A DNA stretch of 64,000 nt from Lutibacter sp. (GCA_030683995.1 JAUXPH010000057.1:27876-91875), one strand, 5' to 3'. Positions 8,754 to 19,649 are shown, counted from the stretch's first letter. Made by a program: numbers and translations. The notes: generated by a model from the sequence alone, not told the origin.

Positions 8754-9497
8754 TTAGTCAATTCCAACTTTGGCAGCCATTGCAGCACCAATAATTCCAG
8801 CCTCATTTTCTGCTTCTGCTGGAGCTATAGGCGTGTCAATCTCAATTTTGTGCATAAACTTATGAATCCTTTTGCTGGCACCGCCGCCAATAATAATTAA
8901 GTCGGGAGACATAATGAAATTGATGTGGTCAAAATATTTATGAAGCCTTTTCCCCCATTTTTTCTGACTTAATTTTTCTCTTTTTCGGGCAGAATCGGCT
9001 GCATAGCTTTCAAAACTTTCGCCGTACCGATTGAGCAAATGGCCAAATTCTGTATTTGGAATTAATTTTCCGTCTAAAAATACGGCCGATCCAATTCCAG
9101 TTCCCAAAGTAATCATCATAACCACTCCTTTTTTATCTTTTCCTGCGCCAAAGTTTATTTCTGCAATTCCTGCAGCATCGGCGTCATTTACAACGGTAAA
9201 CTCATTTCCTGTGGCATTTTTAAAAAGTTCGGCAACATTTACGTCTTTCCAATCTTCGTGCAAATTTCCGCCCGACATACATTTGCCGTGTTTTAAAGGC
9301 GTGGGAAATCCGCAGCCAACCGGACCTTCCCAGTTAAAATGCTTCACAATTTTTTGTATAACTTTGGCGATAGCCTCGGGTGTTGCAGGTCTTGGTGTTG
9401 GGATTCTTTTTTTTTCGGCAGAAAGCGCGCCAGTTTCAACAGTGACCATAGCGGCTTTTATTCCTGTGCCTCCAACATCGATACCCAATATTTCCAT
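8754..9497 (-). CDS. ppgK: Polyphosphate glucokinase (ROK family)
   Basis: [37 protein letters not shown] and PNTEFGH motifs. Confidence 0.88.
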   Translation of the reverse strand: MEILGIDVGGTGIKAAMVTVETGALSAEKKRIPTPRPATPEAIAKVIQKIVKHFNWEGPVGCGFPTPLKHGKCMSGGNLHEDWKDVNVAELFKNATGNEFTVVNDADAAGIAEINFGAGKDKKGVVMMITLGTGIGSAVFLDGKLIPNTEFGHLLNRYGESFESYAADSARKREKLSQKKWGKRLHKYFDHINFIMSPDLIIIGGGASKRIHKFMHKIEIDTPIAPAEAENEAGIIGAAMAAKVGID

Positions 9498-9533
9498 AAT
9501 GCTAAATTTTAAGTGTTTGCCAATTTAAGGATT

Positions 9534-9611
9534 AAAATATAAAATATTAAAAGTTAAATATTAAAAGTTAAAAGTTAAATGTTGAATGTTAAAAGTTAAA
9601 TATTTAAAGTT
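9534..9611 (+). repeat. Tandem degenerate heptamer repeats (about 11 units)
   Basis: AAAAGTT/AAATATT/AAATGTT/GAATGTT units. Confidence 0.75.
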
Positions 9612-9735
9612 TTTTTAAACAGTATACTTTTTTCAGATCAAACGCCCTTTTTTGGAATGGGTGAGGGATAGGGTTGAATATTAGAGTAAAAAGTTTGAAA
9701 AAAATCGCACTTATATAAAAAGCAACCAATCAAAA

Positions 9736-10389
9736 TTACACCCTTTGTTCAATCCATTTGCTGAATTCGTAAAAATTCTTTGGAGAAACCCCGTGTCCAA
9801 CCGGAAATTCCTTATAACTGTATTTAATATTTAACCGGTCTAAAAATTCGGGCGCTTTATTGGCCCATTCTACAGGAATCACCTGATCAACGGTTCCGTG
9901 GGAAATATAAAAATCCAATTTGGAGTAATCTTTTAAACTTAGATCATCCGGCAATAATTCGCTGTTTACATAACCGCTCAGCGCAATAATTTTCTGCACT
10001 TTTTCTGGATAATTGAAAGCTACGGCATAACTTAAAATGGTGCCCTGACTGAATCCAAGCAGGAATGTTTTTTTTGGTGAAACGTCATATTTTTGTTGCA
10101 CTTCATCAATAAAAACAGCAATGTTTTCTCTTGCTGAAATGGCTTCCGGCATATCGGAAAATTTTCCTTGCGGACTGTTAAAATGAATGGTGTACCAGGA
10201 ATAACTGCCAAATCCCAATGTTTGCGGCGCTCTTGCGCTCACAATAATCAGCTCGTCGGGCAATTCACCGGCAAATGAAAATAAATCTTCTTCATTGCTG
10301 CCATAACCGTGCAGCAAAATGAGCAATGAAGTTTTTTCTGTTATTATTTTAGGTTCTCTGACAATATAATGCAATGATAATTTTTCCAT
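9736..10389 (-). CDS. Phospholipase/carboxylesterase (alpha/beta hydrolase)
   Basis: LLHGYGSNE, GFSQG nucleophile motif, HGTVDQVIP and GHG motifs. Confidence 0.9.
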   Translation of the reverse strand: MEKLSLHYIVREPKIITEKTSLLILLHGYGSNEEDLFSFAGELPDELIIVSARAPQTLGFGSYSWYTIHFNSPQGKFSDMPEAISARENIAVFIDEVQQKYDVSPKKTFLLGFSQGTILSYAVAFNYPEKVQKIIALSGYVNSELLPDDLSLKDYSKLDFYISHGTVDQVIPVEWANKAPEFLDRLNIKYSYKEFPVGHGVSPKNFYEFSKWIEQRV

Positions 10390-10448
10390 AATTTAAATAT
10401 AAAAGTCGCGTTTTTTGGCGCGACTTCAAAAGTAAATTAAAAATTCGG

Positions 10449-10772
10449 TTAACCTATTGCTTTAAACCAATCTTGAAATAAATCGCCTACAAATGGCACT
10501 TTTTTCTCTTCGCCATTTATAGCGCCAATCAAACCAATGATCCACAGTACAAACAATATGATGGCTAAAATTCCGGCAACGAACCAAACATATTTTCCAA
10601 TAAAAGAAACGCCTACCGAAAGAAGGGACAAGCCAACCATTTGGCGAATATGAAAAGCCGCAAAAGAATTGTGTTTGTCATTGTTCATCACAAAGGCAAT
10701 TAAAGTGCCGATCCAAGTAATATAGCTGATAATAGCCATTGTTTTTCCTTCTTGAACAGTTTGATTTTCCAT
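10449..10772 (-). CDS. DUF4870-like small membrane protein
   Basis: Three TM helices, FHIRQ motif and C-terminal VPFVGD. Confidence 0.75.
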   Translation of the reverse strand: MENQTVQEGKTMAIISYITWIGTLIAFVMNNDKHNSFAAFHIRQMVGLSLLSVGVSFIGKYVWFVAGILAIILFVLWIIGLIGAINGEEKKVPFVGDLFQDWFKAIG

Positions 10773-10916
10773 AAATATGATTTAATTAATGACGGTTACT
10801 TGATGATTTACCATATATAAATGTCAAAATAAGCAATTCACCAGATTATTTAATTTTTTTCTTAGCCCAACATTTCCAAGGCAAAGATAATAAATTTAAA
10901 CACTGAAATTAACAAC

Positions 10917-13637
10917 TCATTTAATGGCGGCTTGTGCTGCAGCAACTCTAGCGATTGGGACTCTAAATGGCGAGCAGCTCACATAATCCAAACCGGTTTT
11001 GTGGCAAAATGCAATAGAGCTTGGCTCGCCGCCGTGTTCGCCGCAAATGCCGACTTTCAGATTTGGTTTTGTGCTTCTGCCTTTTTCGGTTCCCATTTTA
11101 ACCAATTGACCTACGCCTTCCTGATCTAAAACATCAAAAGGATCAACAGTTAAAATTCCTTTTTTAATATAAATAGGTAAAAATTTACCTGCGTCGTCGC
11201 GCGAATATCCAAAGGTCATTTGGGTTAAATCGTTGGTGCCAAAGGAGAAAAATTCGGCGCGTTGTGCAATTAAATCGGCTGTTAAAGCAGCTCTTGGAAT
11301 TTCAATCATCGTACCAACCAAATACACAATGCTGTCGTTTCTTTCCATAAAAACTTTGTTCGCAGTGGCTCTTATGATTTCTTCTTGGGCAACATATTCT
11401 TTTAGTGTGCCAATTAACGGCACCATAATTTCAGGAATTGCTATAATTCCTTTGGCTTTTAAATTTAAGGCAGCTTCAATAATTGCCCTGGTTTGCATTT
11501 CGGTAATTTCTGGGTAGGTATTTCCCAATCGGCAACCTCTATGGCCCAACATTGGATTGAATTCTGCCAATTCGGCCACTTTATGAATAATAGCATTTAA
11601 AGAAACATTCATTTCCAGCGCAAGTTCTTTTTGATGCACCAATTCGTGGGGAACAAATTCGTGTAAAGGCGGATCTAACAAGCGGATTGTTACAGGAAAT
11701 CCTTGCATTGCTTCAAATATTCCTTCAAAATCTGTGCGTTGCATTGGGAGTAATTTTATCAATGCGGCTTTTCTGCCGTCTACATTTTCGGATAAAATCA
11801 TTTCGCGCATTGCCTTGATGCGATTTTCTTGAAAAAACATATGCTCTGTTCGGGTTAGCCCAATTCCTTGGGCACCAAAATTGCGGGCAATTTTTGCATC
11901 TTTTGGCGTATCGGCATTTGTGCGAACTTTCATCGTTGCAAATTTGTCGGCCAATTCCATTACCTCCCCAAATTCACCACTTAATTCTGGCTCAACCGTT
12001 GCTAAATTTCCTTCATAAATATTTCCTAATGAACCATTTAATGAAATCCAGTCGCCTTCATTGTATACTTTTCCATTAATTCCCATTGTGCGACTTTTGT
12101 AATCAATTTTTAAAGCGCCAACGCCAGAAATACAACATTTCCCCATACCGCGTGCAACAACTGCCGCGTGGGAAGTCATACCGCCTCTCGCCGTTAAAAT
12201 ACCTTTAGCAATGTTCATTCCTTCCAAATCTTCGGGAGAAGTTTCAATACGTGCCAATATGGCATTTTTATATTTGCGTGCTTCGTCTGCAAAGAAAACC
12301 AACTGACCGCTGGCTGCGCCGGGTGAAGCCGGCAATCCTTGAGCTATGACTTTTGCTTTATTCAATGCTTTTGGATCAAAAACGGGATGCAATAGTTCAT
12401 CCAATTTATTTGGTTCAATGCGCAAAAGGGCTTCCTTTTCAGTAATCAGACCCGCTTTTAACAAGTCCATCGCAATTTTCACCATCGCAGCGCCAGTGCG
12501 CTTGCCGTTTCTTGTTTGCAGCATCCAAAGTTTGCCTTCCTGAATGGTAAACTCCATATCTTGCATATCCCGATAATGATTTTCCAGTTTTTGCTGATAT
12601 TCATTAAGTTCTTTAAAAATTTCAGGCATTAATTCTTCTAAAGAAGGATAATTTTTTACCCTTTCGGCTTCTTCAACCTTGGCCAATTTTGCCCAACGCA
12701 TAGAACCTGTTTTGGTGATTTGTTGCGGCGTTCTTGCACCGGAAACCACATCTTCCCCTTGCGCATTGATCAAATATTCCCCATTAAACAAATTTTCGCC
12801 GGTTGCGGCATCACGGGTAAAACATACGCCTGTACCCGATTGGCTGCCCATATTTCCATATACCATCGCTTGTACGCTTACCGCGGTTCCCCAATCATCA
12901 GGATAACCGTGCATATTCCGATAATAAATAGCTCTGTCACCGTTCCAACTGTTAAAAACGGCGATAACTGCACCCCAAAGCTGATCCCAAGGATTTGTTG
13001 GAAAATCGTGGCCAGTGCGCTTTTTTACCGCATCTTTAAACGCTGTTACTAACATTTTTAAATCCTGCACCGTAAATTCAGTATCCAATTTAATGCCTCT
13101 TTTTTCTTTCAAATCCTCCATAATTTCCTCAAAAGGATCAATGTCTTCTTTTGATTCGGGTTTCATTCCCATAACAACATCCCCATACATTTGAACAAAA
13201 CGGCGATAAGAATCCCAGGCAAAACGTTCATTGTTCGTTTTTTTGGTGATTCCAATGACTGCGTCATCGTTTAAGCCTAAATTTAAAACCGTATCCATCA
13301 TTCCCGGCATAGAAGCTCTTGCGCCAGAACGCACAGAAAGCAATAAAGGGTTTTCTTTGTCGCTAAATTTAGTGCCCATTATTTTTTCAATATTATCTAT
13401 GGATTGTTTAACTTCAGAATGAATTAAATTTATTACGGCCTCTTTTCCCAATAGATTATATTCCGTACAAACTTCTGTAGTAATGGTAAAGCCAGGAGGA
13501 ACAGGTATTCCAATTAAACTCATTTCTGCAAGGTTGGCGCCTTTGCCACCTAACTGATTTTTCATTTTACTGTTTCCGTCGGCATTGTTATTTCCAAATT
13601 TAAATACCCTTTTTTTGACTTTTTCCAGAGATTCCAT
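10917..13637 (-). CDS. ppdK: Pyruvate, phosphate dikinase
   Basis: LGGKGANLAEM, SVRSGARASMPGMMDT, GGMTSHAAVV (phospho-His), FSFGTNDLTQ and GICGEHGG motifs. Confidence 0.98.
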   Translation of the reverse strand: MESLEKVKKRVFKFGNNNADGNSKMKNQLGGKGANLAEMSLIGIPVPPGFTITTEVCTEYNLLGKEAVINLIHSEVKQSIDNIEKIMGTKFSDKENPLLLSVRSGARASMPGMMDTVLNLGLNDDAVIGITKKTNNERFAWDSYRRFVQMYGDVVMGMKPESKEDIDPFEEIMEDLKEKRGIKLDTEFTVQDLKMLVTAFKDAVKKRTGHDFPTNPWDQLWGAVIAVFNSWNGDRAIYYRNMHGYPDDWGTAVSVQAMVYGNMGSQSGTGVCFTRDAATGENLFNGEYLINAQGEDVVSGARTPQQITKTGSMRWAKLAKVEEAERVKNYPSLEELMPEIFKELNEYQQKLENHYRDMQDMEFTIQEGKLWMLQTRNGKRTGAAMVKIAMDLLKAGLITEKEALLRIEPNKLDELLHPVFDPKALNKAKVIAQGLPASPGAASGQLVFFADEARKYKNAILARIETSPEDLEGMNIAKGILTARGGMTSHAAVVARGMGKCCISGVGALKIDYKSRTMGINGKVYNEGDWISLNGSLGNIYEGNLATVEPELSGEFGEVMELADKFATMKVRTNADTPKDAKIARNFGAQGIGLTRTEHMFFQENRIKAMREMILSENVDGRKAALIKLLPMQRTDFEGIFEAMQGFPVTIRLLDPPLHEFVPHELVHQKELALEMNVSLNAIIHKVAELAEFNPMLGHRGCRLGNTYPEITEMQTRAIIEAALNLKAKGIIAIPEIMVPLIGTLKEYVAQEEIIRATANKVFMERNDSIVYLVGTMIEIPRAALTADLIAQRAEFFSFGTNDLTQMTFGYSRDDAGKFLPIYIKKGILTVDPFDVLDQEGVGQLVKMGTEKGRSTKPNLKVGICGEHGGEPSSIAFCHKTGLDYVSCSPFRVPIARVAAAQAAIK

Positions 13638-14144
13638 AAGAATATGATTTTAAATTATTGACCTTCTTTATGATATGATTTACACAAAATTAAATGCTAA
13701 AGTTTTTAATTTAAATGATTTATATCATTTTACGTTATCTGAGCATTCAATTTTTAATACTTCAAATTTTAAACAAATACTAAACAACCTTGGTTATAAT
13801 CGAATTAAACGATCTTATGCTATTAAAGTATTTGACAAGCTTTTTGATTTTCAGCTTAGGACTTACTTAATAATCATATTTGTAACGGTTTAAATCAGTT
13901 TTATTGATAATTAAAAAAAACAAACAAAACGTAAAGAATAATTCAAAGAAATAATTAAAAATTTTTATAAAATTAACATAATAAGTGTATTTGTTAAATA
14001 TAATGAAAATTAAATACAGTTTATTTTTGTTTGAAATTTTTTTCAATCTTTAGCATTTTGATAAAAATTCAAGAAGAAGAATATTTTTTAAATAATGATC
14101 AAATATTTTGTTGACTGATCGGAATTTCATTCTATATTAGCGCT

Positions 14145-14516
14145 GTGAAAAAACTGTTTAGAATCCTAGGAATTACATTGTTAACCGTGCTTTATTGTTT
14201 TGCAATAAGTTTGGTTGGCGACACTTTTCAAAATTCGGGTTTCACAAATAAATCAACAAACGAAAAGGGAAGTGATGATGTAACAGTATCCATAAAATTT
14301 TTCAGCAATACTTCTCAAGCTGAAAGTTTGGTAAATCCTTTCAGCAATTCACTGCCAACTACGTTTAAAGAATCAAAAAACGAGTTTTCTGCAATTTTGA
14401 AATTCAGAGAATTATTTTTTGCCAATGAATTTTCTCAATATATTTTCAGTGCAAGAAATTTTCTTATCAAGTATGGGAAAGTCAACATTATCTTCCCCTT
14501 CCATTATTTTTGGTAA
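14145..14516 (+). CDS. Hypothetical secreted/membrane protein
   Basis: GTG start, signal-like N-terminus, aromatic C-terminus (FPFHYFW). Confidence 0.65.
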   Translation: MKKLFRILGITLLTVLYCFAISLVGDTFQNSGFTNKSTNEKGSDDVTVSIKFFSNTSQAESLVNPFSNSLPTTFKESKNEFSAILKFRELFFANEFSQYIFSARNFLIKYGKVNIIFPFHYFW

Positions 14517-14630
14517 CCTGTCCATTTTAAAAGCATAATTGCCCATAAGCGGCAATTTAATTGATTTTTTGCTGGTTTTGTATCACAACAAAATCCGTTC
14601 AATATTCTATAAAATCAAAAAAAATTTAAA

Positions 14631-15116
14631 ATGAATTTAGGAACCGCTATTGTAGGTGCTATTTTTATAGCCATTTTTATGCTGCCATTTATATTTATGC
14701 TTAGTGGCAGAAAAAAGAAAGAAAAACAACTAAGGCAATCGATTTTAGCCATTGCGAACAATCACAATTGTAAAATTTCGCAACAAGAAATAAGTGATGA
14801 ATTTGCGATCGGACTCGATGAATCATTGAACCAACTGTTCTTTTTTAAAAAAACATCAGAAAAAGAAATCGCACAACACGTTAATTTAGCTGAAATTAAA
14901 TGGTGTAAAGTGATTAAAACTGAACATTACACTGGAAATAAGCAAGATAGCGCTAAATTAATAGACAAACTTGATTTGCATTTTTCGTTTTTGGACCGAA
15001 AAAATCCGGATATTTCATTGGTGTTTTACGATTCGGAAGAAAATTTTGGAATGGATGGTGAAATTCAGATGATTGAAAAGTGGTCAAGAATTGTGAATGA
15101 CAGGTTAAAATCGTAA
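14631..15116 (+). CDS. Hypothetical membrane-anchored protein
   Basis: N-terminal TM helix followed by a basic stretch and a soluble domain; terminator downstream. Confidence 0.75.
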   Translation: MNLGTAIVGAIFIAIFMLPFIFMLSGRKKKEKQLRQSILAIANNHNCKISQQEISDEFAIGLDESLNQLFFFKKTSEKEIAQHVNLAEIKWCKVIKTEHYTGNKQDSAKLIDKLDLHFSFLDRKNPDISLVFYDSEENFGMDGEIQMIEKWSRIVNDRLKS

Positions 15117-15136
15117 AGAAAAAAATATTATTAGAG

Positions 15137-15172
15137 AAAAAGCCCTGTTACAAACGTAAACAGGGCTTTTTT
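15137..15172 (+). terminator. Intrinsic terminator
   Basis: AAAAAGCCCTGTT...AACAGGGCTTTTTT. Confidence 0.8.
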
Positions 15173-15421
15173 ATATGCAATAAAATTATTTAAAATAAAG
15201 CCATCCAATCAAACTATAAATCAGTTTTTAATAAAAAAATCAATTTTAACTTGTTGATTTTCATAAAATAAGCACCGCCAATTCCAAAAAATCGCGTTGA
15301 TAATATTGTAAATATATTTAATAATTATGTAATGCTTTATTGCAATAATTTATCCATATTTATGCCCAAAAATTCAGTATCTTAACCCCATATATTTTAA
15401 AGCAATATTTTATCAAACCAA

Positions 15422-16618
15422 ATGAAAAAAAACGAAGAAAAAACAAAAATTTTGAAAAGCAGGTACGTGCCTACAGCAGAATTTTACAGTCAGATTATAG
15501 ATAGTTTGCAGGATTATTCAATTTTAACATTGGATAATGAGTTTATAATTAACAGCTGGAGTTCGGGTGCCGAAAAAATATTTGGTTATAAAACGGAAGA
15601 AATTATAGGCGAGCATTTTGATATTATTTTTACGGATGAAGATAAAAAAAGTGGCGTCCCTAAAGTTGAAATAGATACATCTTTAAAAGAGGGAAGGGCA
15701 GTGGACAACAGATGGCATACTTGTAAAGACGGAAGCAAATTTTACGCCTACGGTTTGGTTTTTCCATTAAAAGGCCTTGAGGGAGAATTGTTGGGTTATG
15801 TTAAAATACTGCGCGATTTAACCGTGAGAAGAAAAAATGAAGAAGCCATTAAAAAGTATGTAAAAGAGCTGGAAGAGCTTAACAATCATAAAGAAAATAT
15901 TTTGGCCATCGTTTCCCACGATTTAAGAAGTCCGTTATCAGGCATCATAGGTGCCGCAAAATATTTGAGTGCAAATTTTGAAAAGATGCCTAATAATGAG
16001 GTGAAAGAAATGCTTGACCTTCTTTATAAATCATCAAAAGATGAGTTAAATACGCTTGATTATTTGGTGGAATGGGCGAGAATAAAATATGCCACAGAAG
16101 TTTTTTCTCCTAAAAAAATCAAACTTATTGAGTATGTGCAAAAAGTTTTCGAAAAGCTAAGCGATAATGCGCAGTTGAAAAATGTAAGCCTTCACAATGA
16201 AATTGATGAAAATGAAGGTGTTTTTGCCGATGGAAAAATGTTGATTTCTGTGCTGCAAAACATTGTTTCAAATGCGATAAAGCATTCAAAACCAGATGGA
16301 AAAATTACAATTTCCGCAATAAAAAAAGAAGATAAAATAATTGTGGAGATTAAAGATAATGGCGTAGGCATGTCAAAAGAAATCAAGGAAAAGCTTTTTA
16401 CGCCACAAATGAATGTTTTAGCAAGTGCCAGAGAAAAAGATAAAGGCGCCGGAATTGGGTTGTTGTTGGTGAAGGGGTTTTTAGAAAAAAATGATGGAGA
16501 AATATGGGTTGAAAGCACCGAAGGAGTGGGTTCTTCATTTTATTTTACTTTGCCAATAGAAGAGCCGTTAGATAAAATTGTGAGTGCAGATAAAATTGAA
16601 TTTGATGAAAGTGCATAA
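15422..16618 (+). CDS. Cytoplasmic PAS-domain sensor histidine kinase
   Basis: PAS (WSSGAEKIFGY...EIIG), HisKA SHDLRSPL, and HATPase NAIK, DNGVGM and GAGIGL boxes; no TM segment. Confidence 0.93.
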   Translation: MKKNEEKTKILKSRYVPTAEFYSQIIDSLQDYSILTLDNEFIINSWSSGAEKIFGYKTEEIIGEHFDIIFTDEDKKSGVPKVEIDTSLKEGRAVDNRWHTCKDGSKFYAYGLVFPLKGLEGELLGYVKILRDLTVRRKNEEAIKKYVKELEELNNHKENILAIVSHDLRSPLSGIIGAAKYLSANFEKMPNNEVKEMLDLLYKSSKDELNTLDYLVEWARIKYATEVFSPKKIKLIEYVQKVFEKLSDNAQLKNVSLHNEIDENEGVFADGKMLISVLQNIVSNAIKHSKPDGKITISAIKKEDKIIVEIKDNGVGMSKEIKEKLFTPQMNVLASAREKDKGAGIGLLLVKGFLEKNDGEIWVESTEGVGSSFYFTLPIEEPLDKIVSADKIEFDESA

Positions 16619-16719
16619 ATAGCATCATTCATAAATACCATTAAAAAATGACTGAACATTTTAAAGGGGTGGGTTCTGAAAAACCTTAAGAGTGGGAATA
16701 AAATTAAAAATATATAAAA

Positions 16720-17118
16720 ATGAAATCACTTATAAATTTATTATTCGTAGTCGTTTTGGTGTTATTGACATCTTGTGCAACAACGGCAAAATTTCCGGTA
16801 TCAAGTGTTACGCCCGCTGCAGAAATAACAGCTAAAAAGAAGCAAGACAAAAATAAAAATTATGTTATTGAAGTGACTGCCAAAAATTTGGCAAGTGCCA
16901 ATAGAGTTGATCCTACTAAAAAAAATTACAATGTGTGGATTGTAACTGATAATAACGGCACTAAAAATGCAGGAATGTTGGTAAATAAAAATGCAAAAAC
17001 AGCCTCATTAAAAACAGTTACACCTTTTGATGTGAAAGAAATATTTATCACTGCCGAAGATCAAGGTGATTATTCTTATCCTGTAGGAATTGAAATTGCC
17101 AGAACATCTTTTAAATAA
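16720..17118 (+). CDS. Hypothetical lipoprotein
   Basis: Lipobox LLTSC after a hydrophobic core. Confidence 0.8.
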   Translation: MKSLINLLFVVVLVLLTSCATTAKFPVSSVTPAAEITAKKKQDKNKNYVIEVTAKNLASANRVDPTKKNYNVWIVTDNNGTKNAGMLVNKNAKTASLKTVTPFDVKEIFITAEDQGDYSYPVGIEIARTSFK

Positions 17119-17140
17119 AAACAAAATATCATAATTAACC

Positions 17141-17175
17141 AACCTCTCTTAAAACGTTTTAGGAGAGGTTTTTTT
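17141..17175 (+). terminator. Intrinsic terminator
   Basis: AACCTCTCTTAAAA-CG-TTTTAGGAGAGGTT followed by a T run. Confidence 0.7.
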
Positions 17176-17416
17176 ATGAAATTTGTGCTTTTTCTACGTT
17201 TTTTATTGTTATAATAAGTATCCTGCTTGACCAAAATATTTAAGAATAAACTACTTGAAACCAACCTAATTTCTTAGGTTTTTTTTCTTACTTTTGGTGC
17301 ATGCCGATTATATTTTATCCGTTTTTAAATATTCTTGTAAAACCGTAAATAATTTCGAACATTAGCCATAAAGATTCATCATATTTTAATAAATAATATC
17401 AAACTAAAAAAATTGA

Positions 17417-18319
17417 ATGAGGAAATTTTTCAGAACACATGACAACGAATTGGTTAGACAACTGATCCTTAAAAGGAACTTAAAGGATATTGCTTTTATA
17501 TGCGTTGGTGTAACACTGGCAAGTATTGGTTTAAAAGGATTTTTGTTTCCAAATAATTTTTTGGATGGCGGTGCAATGGGCGTTTCTTTGTTACTGCAAA
17601 TTTTAACGGGAATTAACCTTTCTGTTTTAATTATTTTAGTCAATTTGCCATTTATTCTATTGGGCGCCAAGCAAATTTCCATATCATTTGCTGTTAAAAG
17701 CAGTTTGGCGATTTTTGCATTGGCTATATTGGTGCATTTTATTCAATTACCTGTAATTACGGACGATAAACTTTTAATTGCTGTTTTTGGAGGGTTTTTT
17801 CTAGGAGCGGGCATAGGCTTTTCCATTCGTGGCGGTGCTGTAATAGACGGTACTGAAGTGCTTGCCATTTCCGTAAGCCGAAAATCAAGTTTAACAGTGG
17901 GCGATTTTATTGCGGTGTTTAATGTTTGCCTTTTTATACTTGCAGCTACCATTGTTAGTGTAGAGACAGCCTTGTATTCCATGCTTACGTATTTTTCTGC
18001 TTCCAAAACCGTAGATTTTATCATAAATGGAATTGAAGAATACATTGGAGTTATGATTATTTCTAATGATTATGAATTGATAAAAACAATGATTGCGACA
18101 AAACTAGAGCGTGGAGTCACTGTTTTTAGATCTGATGGCGGATATGGCACTCAAGAAAATGCAGTACCCGATCGAAAAATACTTTTTTGCGTGGTTACGA
18201 GGCTCGAGGTTTCCAGAGTGCTCTTAGAAGTCGATAAAATTGACAGAACGGCATTCGTAATTCAATATCCAATAAATGACACCAAAGGCGGAATGATTAA
18301 GAAAAGGCCTTTACATTAG
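17417..18319 (+). CDS. YitT family membrane protein
   Basis: FLDGGAMG, NLPF, GGAVIDGTEVLA motifs and a C-terminal DUF2179-type domain (RGVTV...VVTRLE). Confidence 0.92.
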   Translation: MRKFFRTHDNELVRQLILKRNLKDIAFICVGVTLASIGLKGFLFPNNFLDGGAMGVSLLLQILTGINLSVLIILVNLPFILLGAKQISISFAVKSSLAIFALAILVHFIQLPVITDDKLLIAVFGGFFLGAGIGFSIRGGAVIDGTEVLAISVSRKSSLTVGDFIAVFNVCLFILAATIVSVETALYSMLTYFSASKTVDFIINGIEEYIGVMIISNDYELIKTMIATKLERGVTVFRSDGGYGTQENAVPDRKILFCVVTRLEVSRVLLEVDKIDRTAFVIQYPINDTKGGMIKKRPLH

Positions 18320-18329
18320 ATAGGGAATG

Positions 18330-19649
18330 TTATAATTCTGTATTTAACAATTCTCCCGTAAGCTGCAACAATTTCAACTCCGCATTTTTTGCATCGTAAG
18401 TTGCTTGGTTTAAATTTGATTGTGCATTCAACAAATTTACCTGTGCCTGCCTAAATTCAATTGAGGAAATTTGGCCAAGTTTAAAAGCTTCCTCGGTTCT
18501 TAAAAAATTGCGTTTATTGGTTTCCACATTTTTTTCTTCCGCTGAAAGAATAAATAAAGCATTGTTGTAAATTTCAAGAAAATTGGCAACATTTCGTTCC
18601 AATTCATTTAAAATAAGTTCTTTTCGAATGATTAAATTGTCATTGTAAATTTTTGCATTTTGAATGCGAACTTTTGTGCTTCCGCCGTCAAATAAATTCC
18701 AGTTTAAACTAAGTCCGGCGTTTAACCCTTTTGATAATTGTTCGGCATAATTAAAACTTGCGTCATTATCGGATTTATTGAATCCGTAAGAACTTTTAAA
18801 ATCTAAGGTTGGATATAAATTTGATTTGTTGATTTTTATGTCAAATTCACTCAATTCAATACTTTTTGTCGCTTTTTGCATTTCAATATTGTGTTGTTTG
18901 GCTTTTTCCAACAGACCTTCCAATTCAAATACCAGATTGAATGTAATGTTGGTTTCAACCTTAAAATCGGTTTCAACACTGCGTCCCAACAGCAAATTTA
19001 AATCGCGTTTTGAATTTGCCAAAAACCGCTGCGCATTGATATAGCGAATGCTGTCATTGTTTACGTCAACTTCTGCATTCAGCAATTGAAGTTTGGTGTT
19101 TTGCCCATAATCAAACCCATATTGTGTTCGGGTTAAACGCTGTTTTGAGATGTTTAAGGATTCCAGAATATTTTTGTTGTTTTCCAGCAATTGCGCCACT
19201 TCATAATAGACCGAAAAAATTTGCAGCACGGAATTTTCAATAATTGCCTGCGCTTCAAGTTCAGATAAATTAAAGGATTCTTTTAATTTTTTGTAATTAT
19301 AGGATCTTCCCAAACCATCAAAAAGCGTGTAATTTAATCCGACAGAAGCATTGTACAGTTTGGACTCGGCATCATTAATTTCTGTTTGCGTTCCGTTTTG
19401 AGCGGTAAATTCGGTTGTTGCATTGCTGTAATTTGCACCGGCATTTACGGCAACTCTCGGCAAATAATCGCTGTTGAAAATGCTGGCATTATTTTCAGCG
19501 GCTTGCACATTGTTTTTGGCGATTTTTATGCCGTAATTATTTTCTAGGGCAATGCCTATCGCATTTTCTTTTGTAAGCAGTTCTTGCCCAAAAATACCGG
19601 AAAAACTTAACAGAAATAAGATTGACAGTTTATTCTTGTAATTCATCAT
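18330..19649 (-). CDS. TolC family outer membrane efflux protein
   Basis: Signal peptide, AIGIALENN and duplicated YLP/LYP repeat halves; last gene of the RND operon. Confidence 0.9.
   Translation of the reverse strand: MMNYKNKLSILFLLSFSGIFGQELLTKENAIGIALENNYGIKIAKNNVQAAENNASIFNSDYLPRVAVNAGANYSNATTEFTAQNGTQTEINDAESKLYNASVGLNYTLFDGLGRSYNYKKLKESFNLSELEAQAIIENSVLQIFSVYYEVAQLLENNKNILESLNISKQRLTRTQYGFDYGQNTKLQLLNAEVDVNNDSIRYINAQRFLANSKRDLNLLLGRSVETDFKVETNITFNLVFELEGLLEKAKQHNIEMQKATKSIELSEFDIKINKSNLYPTLDFKSSYGFNKSDNDASFNYAEQLSKGLNAGLSLNWNLFDGGSTKVRIQNAKIYNDNLIIRKELILNELERNVANFLEIYNNALFILSAEEKNVETNKRNFLRTEEAFKLGQISSIEFRQAQVNLLNAQSNLNQATYDAKNAELKLLQLTGELLNTEL

Noticed and set aside
13675-13893. 72-aa ORF upstream of ppdK
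   Set aside because: It lies in very AT-rich promoter DNA opposite ppdK, with no recognisable features.
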